From Schmidtea nova (taxonomy: Eukaryota): 64,000 nt of DNA. Below are positions 53,561-64,000 of the stretch, in pieces (the stretch's first letter is position 1; every line of letters starts with the position of its first letter). Both the position numbers and the translations under genes were made by a program. The stretch is from positions 82,088,001 to 82,152,000 of the forward strand of contig CM097884.1 of NCBI GenBank assembly GCA_044892505.1, written 5' to 3'. The notes under the pieces are model-generated. The model ran no database searches and was not told the DNA's origin. It was given only the letters and a program-made list of their open reading frames with translations.

Positions 53561-54991
53561 TTACTTCATATCCAGCCCTGCTCTAGAACAAAGCCAATAC
53601 AATATCCCAACCGCTTATGAGCAAATCAAAGGGATGAATTTAAAACATGATCCTATCGGAATAAAAAGTTATATTTTACAACAATTAGCTGGTAATGATA
53701 TTAAATCAATAAGCGAATTGGAAAACGAAAACTCAGCTCCAATCATTTTCCATGCTGCAGGAAATATTGGCGCTAGGCAGAAGCTTCGACATGAAAAATG
53801 TGGCAAATTATGTAAATATTATAATTTGAAAGCGGATGAGACAAAGGAGGAAAGTTTAAGGAAGAAAACTAATAGTACATTTATAAATAAATAAATACTA
53901 TTATCTTTTGTTTAAAATACTATTTCCCCAAAACAAGCGTTGTAAATAAACCATCCTGGTAATCATTTATGCATCGATTATATTGTTGGGGATGCCTAAA
54001 TGGTAAATAATATTATAAATAATTGGAATAACTTAGGGGATCCGATAGGGTGATTGAGATATCATTCTGGAACCTGGAGAAGAAAACGGAAAAGCAAAAA
54101 AATGAGAAATGAGAAGATGGCAGCGAAATAAAATAAATTAGCGAGAAAAGGTCATTCCAAATTAATAAGTACAGAAAAACAAAAAGGAAAACCAGATTGG
54201 CATCTTGACAGCTGTCAGAGATAACGCGGGAACTGAAAAAAAAAGATTTGGAAAATGCCAGAGGCAAAAATGGAAATAAGCAAATTATCCCGAGTGCCGA
54301 GCTGTTATGGGTAACACGGGAGATGAAAAAGAAAATTGGAAATGTTTGCGGCAGGAATAGAAAAAAACGAATTATGACGAGTGCCGGATAATGGCGAACT
54401 ATAAAAGGGAAAGACATCAGTTGTATGACAGAAGAAAAATTCGAGTGGGACTACAAATTTGTGTAGAGAAGTTTTGAGGCAAGAATTTGTGACAGAAATT
54501 TATTGAGAAACTTATCGAGAAAGTGATAAAGAGAAATTTATAGAGAAAAGTTTGTTGAGTCGAATTTCAAGCCAAAGCAAAGAAAGCAATTAGCTGGTTA
54601 CACATTGTTGAATGAAAATGAGTAGCTAGTAGTTGATAGAAGGAGATTGTACACGAGTGCTTTTCCTCACAATAGTGTTGTAATAATCACTGTATAATTG
54701 TCGCATATTATTGATTTATTGTGGCAGCGTAATTGTGAAATCAGTTGTGATATCAATAAATGTTTCTGGTGTAATTGTTATTCTATTGATTAATAAAGCA
54801 CGCATTCGGAGTCAGAAATTTGATTGGTAACTTTTAAACTTCACCAACAACCCAATAACGCAAAAATATTATATATTACGCAATAACAATCATTACGATA
54901 ACGACTTCGATTATAAAACAGGAAATATGACGTCACCGGTCACGCAATAAAGCGTTATATGATCACCCATGTCATCATATCTATAATGTTA

Positions 54992-55492
54992 CCTCCGTTC
55001 AAACGTGATTGGCTCATTAGTTTTATATACAATATATTAACTTCGATTTCGCTTTAGAAATTGAAATTTCATGCCCTGGAGTGTAACTTGACCGGCTCTC
55101 GCCCCTAAATTCTTGAAATTGTTTTCTGGAGCTTCTTAATTTCTCCAGCAACATCTTTAATTGTTCCTTTTGGCAATTTCTTATTGTTAGATCGCACCAG
55201 AAGCGTTTGCAAGATGGCATTTCTCTCCTCGTCACTTAAATATTTGTACTTTATTCCAGAACGTTTGATTTTCATTGTTTAAGGTTATTTGAACTGCAAA
55301 GAAAATATTTTCGTACACAGCCAAAAATTACAAATTTCAGAAATTGCTAGATATTTATGAAACTATTGTAAACTGAACGTTATAAACTGATTATAAACTG
55401 ATTCTATTGCTCATACACAAATGACATATCGTCATCTTATATTGCTAAGTTGGCAACAAATGTCAAATGAGACAATCAGTTTTGAACAGAGG
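54992..55492 (-). mobile_element. Tc1/mariner deletion derivative with Stowaway-like ends
   Basis: The ends read TA|CCTCCGTTCAAACGTGATTGGCTCATT ... AATGAGACAATCAGTTTTGAACAGAGG|TA. The minus strand encodes MKIKRSGIKYKYLSDEERNAILQTLLVRSNNKKLPKGTIKDVA..., like the N-terminus of plant/oomycete-type mariner transposases. Confidence 0.7.
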
Positions 55493-55759
55493 TAGTATTA
55501 CATAATAAAAGCATCACTTGGGAACAATTAATTGGAGAGGTAACAGCATAATTGTAATCTATACCGTTTAGGGATTAATGCTTGTGCTAGAACGCTCACT
55601 TCCGCTTACTTTCGTGCATAGTTATTGCGCACTCTTTTAACCCGATTTTAGATTATCTCATAGGGAGGCAATTAGTCTCGCCTTTTAATGTGATAAAACC
55701 CCAAAATGCTCTTGAAAATTGATTGCATGAATAGTATAGATAAGAAAATAATATTGTAC

Positions 55760-56613
55760 TTGATGTCCCCCTGATATGAGGCTTCTCTGTCGGATTTTGC
55801 TATTCCGTTGCTCATTTTCAATTGGATGCACGGTTTCAGTGAATCCAGTAATTTCTGATTCATTCCTTTCACTTTGAGAAACTCTTTCAAGGATTTAAAT
55901 GGACCATTCTTTTCCCGGTAGCTCACAATGCGTTCTGCCAGCGTTTGTGTCAATCCCGGCATCTACAAAAAACGAATTCACAATTTAATCATTATCTACT
56001 ACAATCTATTCAATTTTATCATTTATTCATTTCCACTGCTTACTTTCGTTAATTGGAATATATTTGAATCATTGAGATTGATATAACGGATCTTTGTGTT
56101 GCCAACTGAGTCAAGTGAGATTTCCGATTTTATTAACTGTGAGAGTAAAAAAAGAAATTATTTACGCTTCCAGTTGTCATATTAGCTAGTTTTTTACTTT
56201 AAATTTCGCAGCTCCGATGCCATTTACTAGAGCGATGTCTTCGGTTTTATTGAATTTGCCGATTTTGTTGCGGTATATGACTATATCGTGAGCAATTTTG
56301 CGATTTATTCCCGGCAAAGTCATTAAAACATCTTCTGACGCTTCATTTATATTAACAACATCGGATGAGATATTGTTTTCGGGGATTTCGTTCGATGGGA
56401 TTTCCTAAAATAATCAATTTTATTTATATATCATTCGTTGTTGATGCTATTAGAAGTTAACTGGGGAGCTTATTTCACCTGCAAATTGTTGTCTTCGATT
56501 TTATTGAAGGTAAAACTTCTTGTGGAGTGATTTATTTTTAGTTTACAATGATTTTCTGGACAATTGTTTGATGAAATACAACAGCGAATAAAATAACTAT
56601 TAATGCCCCCCAT
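55760..56613 (-). CDS. EEPD1: EEPD1-like protein, N-terminal tandem helix-hairpin-helix region (4 exons); 3' part unresolved
   Basis: Exons 56479-56613, 56198-56404, 56044-56136 and 55760-55962 are joined by 74-, 61- and 81-nt GT-AG introns. They encode VNINEASEDVLMTLPGINRKIAHDIVIYRNKIGKFNKTEDIALVNGIG and MPGLTQTLAERIVSYREKNGPFKS, with an MG N-terminus. Confidence 0.78.
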
Positions 56614-57069
56614 ATAAGAAATTGGGGAAATAATATATCATTGATTTTCTAATTAAAGTTTATTTGATTTATAATAATAAAAAATTTACAACGTTTTAAG
56701 TAATTAAAATTTTAATTTTTTAATATTGAAAAATAAATTTGTTTCAAAAAATATAATTAAATTTTTCAAGTGTTCATGTAAAATTATTATATTAAAACAA
56801 TATCCAATAAAAACTTTTAAAATATTGACTTTTCATAAATTATTCTAAAGTTTATTTTCTGTACTTGAAATTTGCAAATTTATATAAATAGATATTTAAA
56901 TTAAATTAATTTAATTATAAAATTTTAAATAAATAAATTTATGATAGAATTGAAGACTTTTGAAACCGAGTTGGATTTAACTGGCGGCCACGCCGAAAAT
57001 CAGAATGCCAATGCAGTTTCGAAATCAACAAAGTCATCAATGGAATTCCTACCAAAATCATGCCAAGAT

Positions 57070-57180
57070 ATACTGTCACTGAAAATCAGACGATATGATG
57101 AACGAGGATCAAAAAATAGAAGAATGCATCAGGGACATAGAAGAATGGCTGTTGACAAATGAACTCGATTGACAAGCACT
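57070..57180 (+). mobile_element. CR1/L2-like LINE reverse-transcriptase fragment
   Basis: KIEECIRDIEEWLLTNEL resembles the RT C-terminal motif CLxDIxxWxxxNxL. The fragment is short. Confidence 0.4.
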
Positions 57181-57499
57181 TTCGATGTGTTATTAGTGGT
57201 AGAAGCTAAGAAAATGTGGGATAACTTCAGAGAAACAGCAACAACAGCTGTGAAAGCCAAAAATCGGTTCTTAAATATGTTTACAATTGTTGGGTAAACA
57301 CTAAATATTGTTTAAATAACGCGCTAATACAGCACGTGGAGATCGCGCACGAAGGAAACTTAAAATATGATCAAGAGAAACACTGACTAAAACAAAGTAA
57401 CAACAAAACATATTAATAATTAATTAAAACACGTTTAAAAATTAAACTGAACAAAAACGCATCAAACATACACGTGAAAAACACATATTCAGTCAAATC

Positions 57500-58032
57500 T
57501 TGTTACTATGCCACCTCGATATTATGCCTCGATATTATGGCGCGTCCAGCTCCGATTGATTCCTTTATTTTTACGAAACGTCCTTCCTCCATAGCTTCCA
57601 GCTATTTTCCCATTGAACAGTCTAATGGCATCATTGCAGCTGATTGAGTGTACAATGGTTAATATCGGCTATACATCGACAAATCCTGTAACAGGACATT
57701 TCATAATTATAGCTGCATTCACATCGTGCAATTTATAAAAAGGCTTACAGTTGTGCACTGCATACTTGCGATCCGCAATCAGGAATCATTCCGGTCCTAA
57801 CGCAACCGGTACTCTCAGTAATGTTAATTAATCTTGTAGCTGAATTCTTTTTGTTCATTTTACCTGAAACTTCTCTTTGTGTAGCAACTACGCCACAATC
57901 ATTATCTCGAACATCAACAGAAAGTAATCCATCCAACGCAATCGCTTTAAATGCCAAGTCGAATTGAAATAATCTACCTTCGGGTGAAAAAATTGTCGTA
58001 TGAGGATCAAAAACTCTCGAACTCGAAGACAT
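57500..58032 (-). pseudogene. PSMA6: Proteasome subunit alpha-6 pseudogene, intronless
   Basis: Translation FDPHTTIFSPEGRLFQFDLAFKAI...TQREVSGK...ITESTGCVRTGM, then a stop and frameshifted CRCIADIN...YTQSAAMMPL, matches the PSMA6 pattern. Confidence 0.85.
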
Positions 58033-58533
58033 TTATTAAAATTGAATATTCCGAAAATAATAAATTCCAACCAAATTCCAAAATTTAACCCAAGTTAATT
58101 ACAATTAAATCACAATTTAAATTCAAAAGTTCCAATATTTTTCTTCCTAAAGGATACCAAAACGAAAGCAAAAATTCCAAAGTTTATAACAAAGTTAATT
58201 CATCAAATTTTAAATCCAATTCATAAATTTCATTAATCCCAGAACAACAATTCTTCCCAAAAATTCATTCCATGAAACCGAAACTAAATTAAAAATCCTC
58301 AGCAATTATTTTAAAACTAAAGTTAAATCTGCCCAATATTAAATCACAATTAAAACAGTAAAACAAATCAATTGTTCGAACTGTTTTTAAAAAATAAACA
58401 TCCAATTATTCTCTTTTTAAATTAACATGCCCAAAATAATTACAATTAAACTCAATAAACAAAATCCAAATCCATCTCAAAATAAATCATTTAAATCCGT
58501 CAAACTAATCGTTAACTGTCTTTCGTTCCATAA

Positions 58534-59400
58534 TTATTCTAAAATTCTCATTCTTTCTGGGAGTTCTCTATTCCATGAATCATAATCATACAATCCGTGT
58601 TTAATTATTGATTGGCGATATTCTGACGCTGTCGTAATTAAAGGTACTAGTGCACATAACAAGCGGCTGCTTCGTGGAAATAATAAAGCATACTCTAAGT
58701 CTTCAAAGGTGATGTGAGACAATTTCAGATGCTCTTCCAGCATCAGATCCATCCCCAAACCTTGGAATGCTGCACTGATAAATTCTACAAATTGGATAAG
58801 CTCAGTGCAATTATTCAGTGTTTCATAATCAATTTCTGAGACGTTTCCTAGAAACCATTCATCGAATGTTCGGATAAATTGCTGATGTCGGCGTTTGTCT
58901 TGCCATTTTCGAAATTTTATAATTAAAATATCGATCGGATCCTGCTGGAATTCAGTGTTGTCGGAAAACATTGAGGAAATAGTTCCGAATTTCTCCATTT
59001 CATCTAACATTGCTTTGATTGATGTTACCAATCGGATGTCGGTACTAAATGCTCGGTCTGTACACCGACGCCGCAACATTCCGCTTTCCGCAATTTCCTG
59101 ATATTTAGTTGCCAATTTGCCCATTTTCGAATCACAGCCAAAATATCGATAGCAATTAAATAGCATAAAACGAAAATCACACACAAACTCCTTGATATTG
59201 AGATAATCTGGACTTTCCATTTTATCATGCATTTCATTGAGACATATTGGTTCTTTGACAATACTTGTATAATCATTTAGATGGAGCTTTTTTGGATCAA
59301 TTGGGTTTAAAAATGGACGAGTAATAATTGAATAACTACTAGACATGATGCTTGTTAGGATATTGCGAGCAAAATTCATTTCAATCGACGAATTCATCAT
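58534..59400 (-). CDS. Bromodomain protein, BRD10/KIAA2026-like N-terminal region (288 aa, single exon, probably truncated)
   Basis: Motifs PFLNPIDP...DYTSIVKEPICL...EFVCDFRFMLFNCYRY define the bromodomain, and LEYALLFPRSSRLL...YDSWNREL resembles the KIAA2026 downstream region. Confidence 0.75.
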   Translation of the reverse strand: MMNSSIEMNFARNILTSIMSSSYSIITRPFLNPIDPKKLHLNDYTSIVKEPICLNEMHDKMESPDYLNIKEFVCDFRFMLFNCYRYFGCDSKMGKLATKYQEIAESGMLRRRCTDRAFSTDIRLVTSIKAMLDEMEKFGTISSMFSDNTEFQQDPIDILIIKFRKWQDKRRHQQFIRTFDEWFLGNVSEIDYETLNNCTELIQFVEFISAAFQGLGMDLMLEEHLKLSHITFEDLEYALLFPRSSRLLCALVPLITTASEYRQSIIKHGLYDYDSWNRELPERMRILE

Positions 59401-60902
59401 AAATTAATTATAGAGTTAGTGATAAGTCCGTCTAACGGCTTCCAGGCTCGCCCTACAATCTCTCACAGCGATCAAGCACCCAATTAATTATTTTAATTAT
59501 TATTTAATTAATTTTAAAAATATTTTACTAAGCGGCGCGACCAGAAATTATATTTTCATTTTAAATCTATTTTTGTGTTTTATTATTGCTTGATTTTAAT
59601 TTAATTTTATTGATAAGCGATGAGAATAAAGAGGAGATTCTGTCTCACGACCTATCGAAGTTCAAAATCAGCATCATATTATTTTATGATAGTTACAAAT
59701 TTTTTATTATAATTCTGTTTCCATACGTCTGATGATGGTCCAGCGATAAATTGTATCGGCATTAGTCGCTTTGGTGAATCATTAGTTAGCTGGGGTTCGT
59801 TCAGCTTTCTGATCCATTTTTTATCGAAGTGAGCGCAAACATCCAATAACGCTTCATCTCATACCTGGCTATATGAGGAGTAGTGATGGAAATGTCTAGA
59901 TAATAACATGGAATATTGATTGTGTTAGATTATTTAAATTATATTTGACTTTATTTAGCGGAATTTTACTTTAATCGGAAACATTATTCATAAAAACTTT
60001 TAACGTTTAGTTATAATTCTGGGCATTCGAAATTTCCAAACGAATTAGCTTGAAGACTTTCGGTATATTCATTTGGAAAATTCGCAGGCGATTGAAATTA
60101 TCTTTTTGGTTAAAATATAAATCCATTATTAAAAATAATATATTATGAAAAAATTTTAAATTCAAATTAAACTTAAAGTACAAAAATTATGAATCTAGAA
60201 TTTTTCATTATTATATATTTTTATAAAATTTTAATTTTAAATTTGTCTTAATTTATTCAGGAAAATTATAAATATTACAATCGGTTTGTATTTCATAAAA
60301 ATTCTCAAAAAATTATTTTATATATATCGTTTTATAAATTACCCTCCTAAACCTAAGAAAAATAAATAAAATCATATTTGCAGATCAGTACATCAATTTC
60401 ACTCATTAGTATCATCTATATCTAATACTCCACACAAAAATTCATCCATCTATATTATAGATTATTTTCTATTAGTTATTTTCTATATGCAAATTATTGA
60501 TCGTTCAGCGTTCTAAATATAGGTGCTGAATTTCCATTTTCGATTCGAGTATGTTGAGTAATTTTATGCTTTTGTTGTTTATCAAAATATTTATTTACTT
60601 ATTTTAAGGAGTTCTATTTCCACTGCAACATCGTCCTCAATTCTTCTTGGATTTTTATTCCTGAAAAACATTTATTAACTAATAGAAAATAATAAAACCA
60701 ATTAGGTTGCTATCTAAAAATAGATAGGCGAAAAGCCTAAAATCTTATATATATATTGATAATTCGATATAGAATTTTTACTGATACTTAAAAATTATAC
60801 TAAAAAGGGCGGGGGGGATTTGGTAAATTATTAAACTTAATTTAATTAAATAGTAAGAATTGAACAGTTTAATAAGAAAAACCGTCATCTGGATCTCTAA
60901 AG

Positions 60903-61784
60903 AAGTGGTTCTCAAAGCGTGTTCCGCGGAATACTGGTGTTCTGGCGATCACTTTCAATTGTTCCGCGAAAAAATCAAATGTACAATTCAATTAAAAATT
61001 GTTCGCAAATAAAAATCAATTCAATATAAAGATTATACGTACCATTCGGCTTTGTATAAATACAAATCGGGTTAAAATTATTTCTTGAAAACATAAAATA
61101 TTATTGCAGTTATCAAAATTCAGCTTATTAGATTCTACAGTTAAAATTTAATGTCATTTCTCGCAAGTGCCCGACATCTGCCCGGCTGCGAATTGTAAGA
61201 CAGGCTCTTTGTTAAAGATGAATTTTCGATTTTAAGCAAAAAAGCACTGAACATATTATTGTTAATTTCCACGTCATATCTTTGCGACGCAGGATTTTCA
61301 ACGATGGTTAATATAAAGACAAACAAACGCGAGAGACTATGGAATTTAGAAGAAGAAATGCGAGTAGCTTTATCATTTATTCGTTCCAATATCGGTGAGA
61401 TCTGTAAAGATCGTCAAGCTCATGTATCGCATTAAGTTTGATATTTTTTCAAAGTATTGTAATTTTAATTGTGTTTTCAATAAATATATTTGCATCAATC
61501 AACATTGATACATATTTTATTTATATTCATATTTTTTCTAAAAGTAGCACTTTGAAACAGGGGGTTGCCAATTACACGCTGCAACACGATTCCGTTTCCT
61601 TTTTTGTTATATAATAATGGAGTGTTTTTGCGAACATTTTTCTATTTTTTATTGCTCTTTTGATTTTAAAAAGGTTAACTACCCGCGCCCCTTGTTTTAA
61701 AGTTTATGTTGTATTGTAGATGTTCCGCCTAAAAATGTATCAGAGTTTAGTGTTTCCCGACTTCAAAAGGTTTGAGAACCACTG
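60903..61784 (+). mobile_element. Buster/Charlie-type hAT deletion derivative that keeps the transposase 3' end
   Basis: It has the same ends as 28401-28736 and the TSD CTCTAAAG / CTCTATAG. An extra ~545 bp encodes EFSILSKKALNILLLISTSYLCDAGFSTMVNIKTNKRERL...RQAHVSH*. Confidence 0.88.
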
Positions 61785-64000
61785 CTCTATAGGATAACCG
61801 TAACCGTTGCTTTAGCCTCAGTGGTAATTTCAAATTTTAGAATTAAAATTTAATATAAATTTTTATCCAATTTTTATTGTATAAAATGAACAATTCATCC
61901 TCATATGACTCGTATTCAAATATGATTTGCATAAAACTTTAAGATGAAAAAGTTGAAAATAATAGCCGCATGGATTCAAAATAATAATAATTAAATATCC
62001 CCAAAAATACATGTTTTTTTTAGATTTAGATCCCTGAATTGAGTAGCGATCAGATTCCGCTTAAAGAATGATGCGTTATGAATAAATACATAGAGAATGT
62101 TTGCCTTTTTGTGATTAACAACTTTTGTGTGTTTGGAAATAACTGTTTTCTTTGCTACATTTTAAGAATTATTTTGTCAAAAAAACTATATATTTGTTCC
62201 ATCTTTTTTGTAAATTAAAAAAATACAAAAAAATAATTAAATATGTCAAACTAAAATACAATAATAAATCACATATACTCCATAGAGAAAATAATGGTCA
62301 AAGAATTAAATCAAAGAATCAAACGAAAATTTTTAATAATCAGTCAGTATCATATAAGTTATTATCACTGTCATTTTGAATTGTTGACTTTTCTTTTATT
62401 GGTGTTCTTTATCCACATGTACATTTATCCTATATTTTTTCCCTATTCTATAATTTTCGCTTATCTCAAATTTATTCGTTAATTTCTCTGTATTTAACAA
62501 TATCATCACAAAATATCATCATATTATAGTGCCAAATACACACAAAATATCATCAAATATATGAAATATTATCACAAAGTACCATTAAATACATTAAATT
62601 TCATCACAAACTTTCATCATAAAATATTAAAAATACATAAATATATTTATCATACATACTAGAAATGCGGACAATAATAATAATCAATAATACACGCAAA
62701 ATATCACAAATACTCACAAAATATCGAAGAATACATAAAATTTCATCATATACACATACAACTGTCGGGCTGGCGAAATCGAAAATAAAATTTTGTTTGA
62801 ATTCATCAAAAGTTAAAAAGAAACAAGTTTAAAAACGCACGATAAAGCATTACGCAGTAAACTAACGCAAAAGAAAATAAAACGGTAAAGTACAATAGTA
62901 ATCATACGAACCGCATTCGATAAGTCGGTCAAGATAGGGCTTAAACGATAGAAAAGAGGCATCTCAAAAGAGAGCCCACAATTCGAGTGCAAGTCGCATT
63001 TACACATGGAGGACCGCTCGAGAATTGAATGGGGAAGATCATCGCTGTACAAAATAACGAAAAGCATGATCAAAGAATAAAATTGATATCAAAATAAAGA
63101 AAATCATTTATTAAAAAGTATAGGAAAAGTCCCCATTGATATATCGGAAAAATAACAGAGGTAGGAACAAAAATAGAACTAAATTAAATTTGATTGTTTT
63201 AATCAATCAATAAATGTACAAAAACAATGGACACACACATCATTTAACGGAATTAAAAACAAATATTTTAGAAATAAATAAATAAAATTATAAAATAAAA
63301 TTTACAAAAAATTAAAGAAATAATCGTTTATTGAAACAAATAAATTGAGTTTCAATCACAATATAATAATTTGAATGAAAACATGCCTGGGTTTCAGTCT
63401 ATTTTAGTATAAATAGACACAAAAAATCAGTTGAATTAACTCAGTTAGTTTCTGCAAGTTAACACAAAATTTTGATTTCGTGTTTACGCCAGTCAGTCTC
63501 TTGGGTAAGTATATTTGGTTTTGTAATGTTGCGTAGTAATCATTTTGTCATGGTTAATCATGTTTTTTGGTGTTTTGTTGTAAGTGCTATGACATCAAAT
63601 AAATATTACGAAGCATAAATTTGATGATTATTTGCGGGTAAACCCTCATAACAGCCGGGGTAAAATCGATAAGGGCAGGTCCTGATGATCTCGCGACATG
63701 ATGGGCAATAATTGGTCTCTCGTCCTGGCTCTCTTCGGAAGGTTAGGCGATGCGGCATACTTGAACAAAATTTGGGCGAGAGGAAATGGGATTGCCAGGA
63801 GCATTCATCGTTTTAGTGAATTAATTGAGAAGTAATAAAGGTATATTGTAGATAGCGAAAAGTAATAGATCGTTAGAAGGAAAATCATGCGATAAGACCG
63901 AAAAGAAAGTAGATGTGTAAGTCCTTCTATCGGCAGCAAGAACCCGAAAGAGAGAATTTAGTGAGGAGTAGTTTATGCAACGGAGCTCACCTGCTCACTA

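Noticed and set aside
59730-59815. C/D-box snoRNA (TGATGA...CTGA)
   Set aside because: There is no convincing terminal stem or recognisable rRNA guide, and the opposite strand has an open protein-like frame.
63620-64000. Structured RNA or hammerhead ribozyme (CTGATGA motif)
   Set aside because: The GAAA core and the required stems were not found. It is more likely a repeat fragment cut by the window edge.

Overview
This window is very AT-rich eukaryotic DNA, probably from an invertebrate animal (short 47-81 nt GT-AG introns, EEPD1- and BRD10/KIAA2026-like genes); the organism cannot be named from sequence alone. It is a draft scaffold with four N gaps and consists mostly of transposon relics: hAT, Tigger, mariner, piggyBac-like, Merlin, MULE-like foldbacks, Penelope, Gypsy and LINE. 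The main structure is a 14.4-kb element (13252-27648) with Polinton/Maverick hallmarks: AGTAGTAG...CTACTACT termini, ~190-bp TIRs, a 6-bp TSD (ACAAAA) and a pPolB C-terminal fragment. Its interior (13618-27187) is a near-perfect spacerless palindrome centred at 20336/20337. Each arm carries a three-exon orphan gene pointing at the centre and a tRNA-like repeat. The two ends keep different subterminal segments, and the TIRs are more diverged than the inner arms; an assembly or amplification artefact is not excluded. Other notable items are a second decayed Polinton relic (packaging ATPase) head-to-head with a TBP-like gene that also occurs at 847-1334, a young 793-bp TRIM-like LTR element with a tRNA-Leu PBS nested in a foldback element, and a strand-skewed tract that may be a hypermutated continuation of the BRD10-like ORF. 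All family assignments come from motif recognition by eye; no database searches were run.
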